Sequence record: OR424386.1
From: Escherichia phage vB-Eco-KMB25
Reading direction: 5' to 3' (one strand)
DNA: 50,475 nt
The position numbers were made by a program, and so were the translations under genes. Every line of letters starts with the position of its first letter. Within the stretch, counting starts at the first letter, position 1. The notes below the pieces were generated by a model. That model did no database searches. It was not told the DNA's origin and saw only the letters and a program-made list of their open reading frames with translations. This document shows, piece by piece, positions 40,341-49,309 of this stretch.

Positions 40341-40383
40341 ACTATATCAAGATACCCCGATCCGGTTTTAACAAAAAATGCTA
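40341..40383 (-). promoter_or_regulatory. dyad-box promoter (TAGCATTTTTTGTTAAAAC, 18 bp, TATAGT)
   Basis: -10 lies in the loop of hairpin GGGGTA/TACCCC. Confidence 0.5.
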
Positions 40384-40384
40384 T

Positions 40385-40819
40385 TTACAGCCATTCGCCG
40401 GAAACAATGAAATCAGTGAAATCGTCATGATCCAAAATGCTGTGATAGCCAGTGCAATAATCATTTTTAACCATGTTACCACGCAAACGCACATAATCAG
40501 CCTTTCGATCCGTAATCCAACGAATAAAGCGAGCGTTACGTTGTGGTATCGTTCCGGCGTAAGCCTCTTTGAATCCAATGTGTGCGATGAATGCCACAAA
40601 GCGGATTTGCAAGCCTGGATTGTCTTTCTTTGCCTCGTTAACCAGGTCGCGGAAGTTTTCACGCGTTGGCTTGACCGGAACCAATTCGCCTAACTCGATC
40701 ATGCGGTTGAAGTCTGAAATGCTGGAATATGATTGCATAAACAGCCCATCGCTACCAAACATCACAACGCCGTTTTCGATGAAGTAAGTGTGTCCGTTGT
40801 ATTTGTTGGTGTATTTCAT
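40385..40819 (-). CDS. hypothetical protein
   Basis: 145 aa from ATG 40819 behind GAGG. Confidence 0.3.
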   Translation of the reverse strand: MKYTNKYNGHTYFIENGVVMFGSDGLFMQSYSSISDFNRMIELGELVPVKPTRENFRDLVNEAKKDNPGLQIRFVAFIAHIGFKEAYAGTIPQRNARFIRWITDRKADYVRLRGNMVKNDYCTGYHSILDHDDFTDFIVSGEWL

Positions 40820-40850
40820 CGTGAATTCCTCAGTTCGTTTCGATGAAGCA

Positions 40851-40893
40851 ATCATAGCAATTCGCGTCTGATTGGTTTTAACAAAAAGTGCTA
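40851..40893 (-). promoter_or_regulatory. dyad-box promoter (TAGCACTTTTTGTTAAAAC, 18 bp, TATGAT)
   Basis: Outermost promoter of the minus-strand cluster, at the edge of the AT-rich region. Confidence 0.5.
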
Positions 40894-40902
40894 TTCATGC
40901 GA

Positions 40903-40932
40903 TAGACCGATTGGTCTAGACCGTTTGGTCTA
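40903..40932. repeat. two tandem inverted repeats TAGACC-N4-GGTCTA (operator-like)
   Basis: TAGACCGATTGGTCTA and TAGACCGTTTGGTCTA overlap by 2 bp. Confidence 0.5.
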
Positions 40933-41221
40933 ATGAACGCATCGTTTTGTGTATCGAACGCATTCATGATCCTGTTACGTGATCGTTATATGATCAGATG
41001 ATGATTGATGTGTGAGATTTTGTGATTGAAATTGATTTGATTTGATTAGATTTGAGTAGTGAGAGAGTAGAAATAATCACACCTTGCCGATCAGTGAAAA
41101 CTTTTCCCGCAAAACATCACTCCATGCTCCGCGCGTTTCGTTTTGTTCCTCGTTGTTTTCCGCCAGACCTTCCGCAGTTTAGCGCAACGTTACACAACAC
41201 GTATAACAACAAAATATCTAT

Positions 41222-41294
41222 ATAATACATTGAAAAGTAAGATAATTATTATTATATATCTATATTGTTATATAACTTGTTTTGCTTGTTTCTC
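41222..41294. repeat. AT-rich repeat element, copy 2
   Basis: Shares the 19-nt core AAATATCTATATAATACAT and the TAATTATTATTATATAT block with 20724-20808. Confidence 0.5.
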
Positions 41295-41482
41295 ATGATA
41301 TTGATACCCCTTTACTGATTGATAGAGTATAAAATTATAAGATAGGTGCTCTTATTTATTATAGGTGGCGGTGATTTTTAGCGAAATGGTGTAACGATTT
41401 AGAACATCGTTGATTTGAAAGGATAAATTTTCAATTACTGTTACATTGCGTGATGTTTTTGTTGTCTAATCAAAAATAACAC

Positions 41483-41510
41483 TTGACGCATAAGCCAGGC
41501 TTGCTAAGAT
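41483..41510 (+). promoter_or_regulatory. sigma70-type early promoter TTGACG-16-TAAGAT
   Basis: Upstream A-rich tract; about 35 nt before the GGAGG RBS of the first early gene. Confidence 0.55.
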
Positions 41511-41544
41511 TTCTGCATCTAGCAACAACGGAGGATAACCAATC

Positions 41545-41832
41545 ATGGTAAGGGGCAAAATCGTAAAGCGTGACCTATCCATAGTTGACGCAACGCCAGA
41601 AGATGCAACCAAAGATATCATGCGCCTAATGTACATAGCACGGATACTGGAGGCTGCAAAACCAAACAGGCTGTATTACATCGACATTAAGGCATCTGGT
41701 CGAGATGTTAACTCATTGCGCCAGGCAATAAACACTATTGCGAAAGAGGATCGCATAACCATTAAGACAATAACCACTGATAACGGCTATATAGGCTTTG
41801 TTATCATCGACGTTAAAGAAGCGTTTGTGTAA
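41545..41832 (+). CDS. hypothetical early protein
   Basis: 95-aa ORF with RBS GGAGG. Confidence 0.3.
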   Translation: MVRGKIVKRDLSIVDATPEDATKDIMRLMYIARILEAAKPNRLYYIDIKASGRDVNSLRQAINTIAKEDRITIKTITTDNGYIGFVIIDVKEAFV

Positions 41833-41843
41833 AGAGGTGAATC

Positions 41844-42287
41844 ATGGAACAAATGACAAGTAAAGAGTTTTGCGAAAAATTGCGTGAAGCCGCAAGAGCC
41901 GCTGCAACAGGTGAAGTGATCAAGTTGCCAGTTGCCTACATAACAATGAACGTCCAGGCAGAGGACGCAAAGAAACTAAATTCATCATACATCCGCACGA
42001 TCATGAATCGCGTACCTGAAGTAAAAGAGGTTGGATCTGTAAGTGTCAAGAAAAAGACAAGTGATGACGGAGCGGAATATTACGAAATAGCAATTAACCG
42101 CGACACAAAACGCCGCATCGTGACAACCAATGACCTTCCGGCAATCAAAGAGCATGAGCGCGAAAAGCTGGTTGAAAAGATTATGCGCATATCGCCGGAC
42201 TTCTCACACCTGGACGATGAAAAGGCACTGGTTGCAATGCGAGCGGTTGCCACGTTCAAAGAACTGATTAAGGAGATCGCGAAGTGA
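41844..42287 (+). CDS. hypothetical early protein
   Basis: 147-aa ORF with RBS AGAGGTG. Confidence 0.3.
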   Translation: MEQMTSKEFCEKLREAARAAATGEVIKLPVAYITMNVQAEDAKKLNSSYIRTIMNRVPEVKEVGSVSVKKKTSDDGAEYYEIAINRDTKRRIVTTNDLPAIKEHEREKLVEKIMRISPDFSHLDDEKALVAMRAVATFKELIKEIAK

Positions 42288-42510
42288 AAGCATTCGCCTT
42301 TGTCGCTGCAATGTGGTGTGTTGTTATTGATAGTCCTGGCGTGGCGCTGGTTGTGTTAGGTCTGATTTTGTTGGGGGTGTTTGATGAATAAGAAACTTTT
42401 AGATCATGCCGTGGTGTTCTTTATCGCTGCTGCTGGATTTTCGCTGTTGTCAATTGCTTTTTCAATCCTTGCTTTTGCCGTGTCAATGCTGAAATGACGG
42501 ATTACATCCT

Positions 42511-42553
42511 GATTGGCAAATAGCACTTTTTGTTAAAACTCGATTGGGGTAGT
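42511..42553 (+). promoter_or_regulatory. dyad-box promoter (TAGCACTTTTTGTTAAAAC, 18 bp, CATAAT)
   Basis: -10 in the loop of hairpin TGGGGTA/TACCCCA; followed by TCGAAACGAAACGAGG leader. Confidence 0.5.
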
Positions 42554-43355
42554 TTGGCATAATTACCCCATCGAAACGAAACGAGGAAAACACAATGACT
42601 ACCTTAATCACCTGGGAACACGAAACAAGCCAGCCAGTAACCCGCGAGTTTGAAACTCTTAGCCAGGCTTATCTTTTGGCTGCTAACGGTGGTTATTACA
42701 AGGCTCAAGTTGTTGATGAAATGGGAGTGATCGTTTATGAATTCCATGCATAATTTCCGCAGCTACACGCAGGAAGTGGATTTTGAGGGGATCAAGTTAC
42801 CACTTCCTAACATATACCGCTATATCACTCGTGATGAATACGGATTTATAAACGCCTGGCGAGATAAGCCCAAAAAGGTTGGCAATGAATACGGCGACGG
42901 CTCAGAGATGCCGATCACGTTAGGTCATCAAACTGGCGAGAATGTAGCGGCTGTAATGCGCAAATATCGCCGCAGCCTCACAAACTCATTAATTTCTATC
43001 TTTGGCATACAGGAGTAATAAAAATGTTTGAACTGAAACGCGTAACTGTTGAGATCCTGAATGATGGCTCTTACGATGGAATGAAACACTTAACATTCCC
43101 GATCCGCATTGAGAATTGCATTGATTACGGTATTGAAGTTGGAATGGTTGACGTTCCGCTTGATGCCCTGGTAGCGGCTGGCTATGACAAAGAGAAAGGC
43201 CAATGCGCCGATATACCGGATAGCTATGAAAGCGACACACATTTCCCGTTCACCTATGGCGAATGCAGGATTGTTGATTGAGGTTATAAAGTGAGCAGTT
43301 GGCATAATGAACACGTAATGCAATTCTACCGCTACAGAATAAAGAAAATGCTAAA

Positions 43356-43398
43356 TAGCACGAATTGCTAAAACTAAATCAGGGGCATTTGTTATAGT
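43356..43398 (+). promoter_or_regulatory. dyad-box promoter (TAGCACGAATTGCTAAAAC, 18 bp, TGtTATAGT)
   Basis: Extended -10-like TGnTATAGT in the loop of hairpin AGGGGCA/TGCCCCT. Confidence 0.5.
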
Positions 43399-43432
43399 GC
43401 CCCTCGTTGAGTTAAGCAAAGGAGAATCAACA

Positions 43433-43987
43433 ATGTTAAGCATCGAAAAAATCAACTTCCCGATCACATTTAAAAATTGCGCTAACGGTAAAAATATTAC
43501 ATATCACAGTGAATACAGCAACGGCGTTTGGAGTAGCGGCGAGAAAAGCAGTCTTTCATTGCAATATTTCATTAAGCTGCATAATGAGCATAACCAAAGC
43601 AATAGTAATGTGTTGAGGTACTATTACGAAATGGCAGAAAAACGCGAGGATAACGATCTGTTATATGCGATGAAATATTTAAATATCAGGCCTGGCCATG
43701 TCAATTTAAACGGTGCTGTGTTTACTGAGTCAGTAGGTGCTAAAGATTACGATTACATTTGCAAGGTTGAAAATATGCCAGTTGGCGCAACGCTTTTAGG
43801 TGTTCAGCGTGAAAATGGCGAATGGGACGAGTTGAAATTTAAACCGCGCCGCATTGAAGTACATGACGATGTTATTTGCTTGCTTTCCGGTTATTCTGGT
43901 GGCTACAAGAGCGGCAATAATTACGGCGCTGAAATCAACATTAAGATCGGCACTAACGTAAAAATCAAAAACAGCACGAATTGCTAA
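43433..43987 (+). CDS. hypothetical early protein ending in NSTNC
   Basis: 184 aa from ATG 43433 behind AGGAG; last five codons are supplied by the next dyad box. Confidence 0.3.
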   Translation: MLSIEKINFPITFKNCANGKNITYHSEYSNGVWSSGEKSSLSLQYFIKLHNEHNQSNSNVLRYYYEMAEKREDNDLLYAMKYLNIRPGHVNLNGAVFTESVGAKDYDYICKVENMPVGATLLGVQRENGEWDELKFKPRRIEVHDDVICLLSGYSGGYKSGNNYGAEINIKIGTNVKIKNSTNC

Positions 43988-44014
43988 AACAGAATTTTGA
44001 GCTTGCTGTATAGT
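43972..44014 (+). promoter_or_regulatory. dyad-box promoter (CAGCACGAATTGCTAAAAC, 18 bp, TATAGT)
   Basis: Box embedded in the 3' end of the upstream CDS. Confidence 0.45.
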
Positions 44015-44361
44015 AAGCTCATACCAAACAACGAAAGGATCAAAAAATGGAATTAGCACGTAACGCGGTTTATGGCTTACACCTTAATAAAGGCGGCAAA
44101 GGCTCAAGTTATGCACACCTTTTTCATGTTAACGAGCGCGGTCAAATTGATATTGCAATGTATGTTGACAAACTGGTTAAAGGTTGTGAGTCCAGCAAGT
44201 TCAGACCCGATCTGATTGAATACGATCACACACACAGTCACGACCACTGGTTAGGTGGTTATAAATTTACAATGCTTGATAGCCATGTTATTGACACAAG
44301 AAAATTAACGAATCGTGACTATAGGCGCATGGCTCGAAAAATCCTGAAGCAGAAAGCGCAA

Positions 44362-44404
44362 TAGCACGAAATGTTAAGCGGTCATGTGTGCTGATTGGTA
44401 CAAT
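44362..44404 (+). promoter_or_regulatory. dyad-box promoter, degenerate box (TAGCACGAAATGTTAAGCG, 18 bp, TACAAT)
   Basis: Downstream leader GCATCAACCAACAAGAGAGGA is nearly identical to that at 22164-22184. Confidence 0.4.
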
Positions 44405-44547
44405 GACCGCATCAACCAACAAGAGAGGATAGAAAAATGTCAAAAGAATCAATTAAGCAGTTTCTGAAATACGGCTCTATGATTGTGCTCGCTACCGTTG
44501 TGCTGGCTGGCATCGCTTACAGTGTCATCGAATTTGTGGGGTAATGG

Positions 44548-45111
44548 ATGTTTAAGATCGAATTGTGGGGGAAGGAATACGCTAATCACTACGTTGCAAC
44601 AAAACAGCGTTTCGTTATTTTTGACCTGGACGGCACGTTATCAAATGGGGCGCATCGCTTGCACCTGTTGCCAACTGTTGACTTGCATCTTACTGAAAGC
44701 TGGAGTGAGTTTAACCGCGCCTCAAAGGATGATTCACCGTTCAGCAATAACATTTCCGTGTGCAATGCTATGTTTGATGCCGGATACCTGGTTATCATCC
44801 TAACGGGTCGGAGTGATGAAGTTGAGGCAGAAACGCGAGCATGGTTAGCTGAAAACGGCGTTTCTTTCGATTGGCTGATTATGCGCCGAGCGGAGGACAA
44901 CCGGAAAGATACCGTGATCAAAGAGGAAGTTTTACGGACTATCGGGCTTGATCGCATTGTCGCATGTTGGGATGACTCGCCAAACGTTATTGCACACTTG
45001 CGCGGCCTGGGCTTGACGGTTTACCAGGTTATTGACTACGGAGACCAGTTGCACGATCACATAAAATCTCACGGCGTGGAGGAATTGAGCGATGACAGCA
45101 AAGCTAATTGA
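44548..45111 (+). CDS. HAD-superfamily phosphatase (polynucleotide 3'-phosphatase-like)
   Basis: Motif I FDLDGTL, later LTGRSD and WDDSP motifs typical of HAD phosphatases. Confidence 0.55.
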   Translation: MFKIELWGKEYANHYVATKQRFVIFDLDGTLSNGAHRLHLLPTVDLHLTESWSEFNRASKDDSPFSNNISVCNAMFDAGYLVIILTGRSDEVEAETRAWLAENGVSFDWLIMRRAEDNRKDTVIKEEVLRTIGLDRIVACWDDSPNVIAHLRGLGLTVYQVIDYGDQLHDHIKSHGVEELSDDSKAN

Positions 45112-45477
45112 AGATCGGCATGGTGATAACGTGCTTATTTACATCGAAGGGAAATCGGTGTTGATTGACTGCAAATATGAGGATGACACACATTTGCAGT
45201 TTCGCGGAATCTTTGACAAGAAAGGCGCATTGGAGTTAGCGGAACACATCAAGCGTCTTGCGGAAGAATTACCGGAATAGAGGATTTATTATGTTGACTT
45301 TTATCTTGATCGCTATCGTTTTAATTCTGTATGTTTGCGGCGCTTTCCTGATGCGAGCGCTACTAAAAGAGGCTGACGCTGATGATAAGGATAGTTGGAA
45401 GCCGATTATTTTATGGCCTGGCTATATCATCGTGCCAATTTACGAACTAATCCGCGATGGTGAGTTTAAATGGTAAA

Positions 45478-45520
45478 TAGCACTTTTTGCTAAAACTTGC
45501 TAAGGCACATTTGATAAAGT
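45478..45520 (+). promoter_or_regulatory. dyad-box promoter (TAGCACTTTTTGCTAAAAC, 18 bp, TGaTAAAGT)
   Basis: -10 in the loop of hairpin AGGCACA/TGTGCCT. Confidence 0.5.
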
Positions 45521-46024
45521 GTGCCTTGTCGAGACAAGCAAGGAGAATGACACATGAAAGTTTTTATGATTAAACAGTTTGGACGCACTGCATATTATAT
45601 CATCAACGACGAGGGAGATATTTTCATTTCGAACTATCCTACTCTTGAAGTAGGTCGTCATTTCAGAAGTTCAGTTGACGAAAAGGGAGTTATCAATATG
45701 GTTGAGTGTGGAATGATGGTTCCCTTCAATAAAGAAGCGGCTGAATTATTCCAGCAATCACAGATCCGAAAACGCAACCGCAATATTATTTGCTTCACAA
45801 TTGCAATGGTTGTAACTGTTGGCTCAATCTTACTTGGAGTGTGGTCGTGATGAATACTGATAATAAAGTTGAAACACAAAAGACGATCAACTATCTGCGA
45901 GCGCTTGCTGATGCTCTTGAGTCCGGCGAGGCAGCATTAAATGATGTTAGTATTGAGTCAAGAAATCACGGATGGACTCAGATCGAAGAAACATTAACCG
46001 TTCAATATTTTAAGGTGAATAAAG

Positions 46025-46600
46025 ATGGCTAAAATTATAATCCTCAATGCGCCTCCTGGTGCTGGTAAAGACACGATAGGCAAGATGATTTCTGTCTATT
46101 CGCCTGGTAAGCAATGCCGAATCATTAGCTTTAAAGAGCCAATGTTTGATATTGCATTAGCTATCCTGGGCAAAGAGAACTATAAGCGTTTCATGCTGGC
46201 TTACGATGACAGAGAGCAGAAAGAAAGGCCGCAAACATTCCTGATGGGTATGTCACCGCGCGAGTTCATGATCTGGATTAGCGAGGATGTGATCAAGCCT
46301 AAATTCGGTAAGGATTATTTCGGCGTAAGGTTTAATCAGAAAGTAAAAGAGTGTGATGCTCCTGTTGTTTGCACTGATGGCGGTTTTCCAGATGAAATTA
46401 TAGCGCTAATCAATGCTGGTAATGAGGTGAAGTTATGCCGCTTGCACCGCGACGGGTTCACGTTTGCAGGTGATAGCCGCAACTACATTCGAATAAATCC
46501 ATACTACCAGAAAAACGGATATAGCGAGCACGATTATAAATTGGTTGATAAACAACCAAATGTAACGGTAAAGGAAATCATTCGCGATCACCTTAAATAG
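46025..46600 (+). CDS. P-loop kinase (polynucleotide or nucleotide kinase-like)
   Basis: N-terminal Walker A LNAPPGAGKDT; 191 aa; 0.9 kb downstream of the HAD phosphatase. Confidence 0.5.
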   Translation: MAKIIILNAPPGAGKDTIGKMISVYSPGKQCRIISFKEPMFDIALAILGKENYKRFMLAYDDREQKERPQTFLMGMSPREFMIWISEDVIKPKFGKDYFGVRFNQKVKECDAPVVCTDGGFPDEIIALINAGNEVKLCRLHRDGFTFAGDSRNYIRINPYYQKNGYSEHDYKLVDKQPNVTVKEIIRDHLK

Positions 46601-46640
46601 CACGAATTGCTAAAACTTGCGCAAGGCCATTTGTTATAGT
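46598..46640 (+). promoter_or_regulatory. dyad-box promoter (TAGCACGAATTGCTAAAAC, 18 bp, TGtTATAGT)
   Basis: Box TAG is the kinase stop codon; -10 in the loop of hairpin AAGGCCA/TGGCCTT. Confidence 0.5.
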
Positions 46641-47474
46641 GGCCTTATTCAAGAGAAGCAACCAATCAGAGGAATAAACGATGAAAATCAAATGCACCAA
46701 ATCAAACACAATGAATCTGACAGTTGGCGCGATTTACCATATGGAAGAAGGTGTAAACGGGTTTAGCCCAACTGTTACGCATGAGTACGGCGGTCACTTC
46801 TTCTTAAACGGTAAAGACGGATTATCTGTAAATGTTGGCTCTTTCGTTCTGGCAGAATTTGAGATCGTGGAGGAATAAAAATGTTCTGGATTCATTCGCC
46901 GCAAGGTTTGCTTTATGTGCCTGGCGTTGAATTTGAAGAACGACGCGACGGCGACACGGTAAACATCATAACTAAGGATTCAAAAGGCCACACTCTTAAA
47001 ACGTATGTTTTAAACACTCCGGTTAAGGTCGAAAAAGATGATTAAATTTATTGGTTTTGTGGCATTGCTTGTGTGCGGCATATGGCTTACTGACAATGAC
47101 ACTTGGCAAAGTGCTGTTGGAGGATTACTTATTTTTCTTGCTGGTGGCATGGTTGGCAGTGATGACGCAACAAATAAGAACAAACTTTCGGATCATTTAC
47201 GCAGAGAGACAAAACGATGAATAGAAAAATGCTGGTACGCGCCTTTGCTAAGATTGCTAAAAGGTGGGGAGACTCTAACAAATCGCCTTACACGTTTAGC
47301 CGCTACGGTTATAAAAATGCTCGCGACTGGGGTCGCTGCATTGCGGATAACTACAACTCCGAAATTCTGGAAGATTTCGCAAAGTGGATTGATACGCCTT
47401 TGAAGGATTGGTGTCAATTTGACTATGACTATTTCGCAGAAGAAGAAATTTCTTGTTTGTAAGGAGAATAAAAT

Positions 47475-47987
47475 ATGAAAGCTAAAAATGATTTTTATAA
47501 CTACCTGACAAAAGGCCGCGACTATACCGTTTTGAATAGCATAGATACTCTTTACCTGGTTGTTGCTGATAATGGCGTTAGAGTTTGGCTTGATAAAACT
47601 CTTTTCGAAAGCGAGCACCTAAGCAATGCAAAGCGGATCGCAGATGAAGCAAGTGCATTAGCAGAGCGTGAAAGAATTCGCGATATCGTTGCGGAGCAGG
47701 TGAGAAATTCATGTTCGCCTGGTGGCGATATCTTCAAATCAATGCGCGGTGAAATGACTGTTGGAATTCAAGATCGCGTAATTGCAAAATCAGTTGATTC
47801 TGTAATTGAGAATGCGAAATTCAATGCGTTGATTAACTCAGAGCCTAACGAATACGTCAAAGTGTTAGAGCAACTGCGTGAAGTGCTGAGAGTGCCGGAA
47901 GGTGAGAATATAGTGACTCATGCAAAGGTTGTAAGGACGTTGGCTGATGCTTTGCTTGACGTTTACCCAGGAATGAAGTGCAAATAG
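47475..47987 (+). CDS. hypothetical early protein
   Basis: 170-aa ORF whose TAG stop begins the next dyad box. Confidence 0.3.
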   Translation: MKAKNDFYNYLTKGRDYTVLNSIDTLYLVVADNGVRVWLDKTLFESEHLSNAKRIADEASALAERERIRDIVAEQVRNSCSPGGDIFKSMRGEMTVGIQDRVIAKSVDSVIENAKFNALINSEPNEYVKVLEQLREVLRVPEGENIVTHAKVVRTLADALLDVYPGMKCK

Positions 47988-48027
47988 CACTTTTTGTTAA
48001 AACTTCCGCGAGGGCATTTGTTAAAGT
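47985..48027 (+). promoter_or_regulatory. dyad-box promoter (TAGCACTTTTTGTTAAAAC, 18 bp, TGtTAAAGT)
   Basis: Same architecture; first gene downstream encodes the acidic 67-aa protein. Confidence 0.5.
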
Positions 48028-48061
48028 GTCCTCATTGAAGCGAAACACGGAGATTTAGAAA

Positions 48062-48265
48062 ATGGCTGTATACACTGGCAAGATGTTTGAAAGCGAAAAC
48101 CCGATTTACGGCGGCACTTATGAGCTAATCATTGATGAAGATCGCGTTATCCTGGCTGATGACGACAGCGAGGAATATTATGAAGTAGAGGCCGACAAAT
48201 GGGATAACGACGTTATGTTTCTTGTTGATAACAACCGCATCAAGTTTTACGCAGTGGAGGAATAA
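48062..48265 (+). CDS. highly acidic small protein (hypothetical)
   Basis: 67 aa with about 20 Asp/Glu and few basic residues (ADDDSEEYYEVEADKWDND). Confidence 0.3.
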   Translation: MAVYTGKMFESENPIYGGTYELIIDEDRVILADDDSEEYYEVEADKWDNDVMFLVDNNRIKFYAVEE

Positions 48266-49280
48266 CAGATGATCGCAATCAACCTATCAGAAGAACAAGC
48301 GAAATCGTTGCTAAATAGCTTGGGATGGCGTTATGGCTCTGGTGAATATGAGCGATTGGATGTTAAAAGCGATGTTGCAAAAGAGGTTTTCATCCAGCTT
48401 GAGCAGCAATTAATGCCACGCTCAACAAGTGCGGCAGAGTTAGCAGTGTGGCGGCACGAAAACGGATTGAACGAAATGGATGTTGAAAAGTGGAAGCGTA
48501 AAAACGAGGTGTTAGCATGATTTACATTCACTCTTACGGAGTTGGCAAGTTTGGCAGCAAGCAGATCAGAAACATTCACGACACGTTAGAAGAAGCGCAA
48601 GCACAGCAACGCGTTTTAGGTGGAGTTGTTCAGGCTTTTGAATCGGTTGAGAATTTAGGCATTAACGAGCAGATAAAGGAAATCGTTGTTGATGAAGTAG
48701 CATGTATCATTGACGATTTCAGCACGAAAGCGCCAGGTTCGGCGCGTGAGCTTGAGCCAGGTTCTATCGAGTGGGATTTATACAAGGTTGGAGTGCTAAA
48801 CCGCCTCCGCGAGCTACTCGCAGAAATTTAACGAATTTGCATCGATTTTAATCGCCTCCAGACGCATTCTAAGAGGCGAATTTTTTAGGAAGGTGATTCT
48901 ATGCCTGAATACATAAAACCGTCGCAGTGGTGCGCACATAAGCAAGAAGAAGCATTAGAGCGCGGCGACACTGACACAGCATTGCACTACTTTGAAATGT
49001 TTCAACTTTGGAAATCAAGAGGACTTTAAAATGTTTGGACTTAATGAGGCTGAATACAACATTGTTAAACGCGCTGCAAAAGAGTGCATGAAGGATCTGA
49101 AAGTTGAAGTTACGAGCGGCAACAAATACGATCATATTGCGGCTGGCATTATCACCAAACATCACACGCCAATTTCTACCTTAATCACTCGCACAAAGTT
49201 TGTATGGCTTGCTGGTTATATAGCTGGTCGATGGGGTAAGCCTGGCGAGTATGAATAATAAGCACTTGAATCAATGAAGG

Positions 49281-49309
49281 TTGACGGCGTGTTGTCTGAT
49301 TGGTAGATT
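49281..49309 (+). promoter_or_regulatory. sigma70-type promoter TTGACG-17-TAGATT
   Basis: Good -35, acceptable -10, followed by a ~130-nt structured leader before ATG 49441. Confidence 0.45.

Noticed and set aside
22120-48003. Sigma54 promoters (the box resembles TGGCACG-N4-TTGCW)
   Set aside because: The box has AG where sigma54 needs GG, the GC of the -12 element is displaced by 2 nt, and a sigma70-like -10 follows at fixed distance; no sigma54 activator gene was seen
22120-48003. Canonical sigma70 promoters using TTGYTA in the box as the -35
   Set aside because: TTGYTA lies 22 bp from the hexamer, outside the 16-19 bp range; the hexamer at the canonical -35 position (TAAAAC) is a poor match
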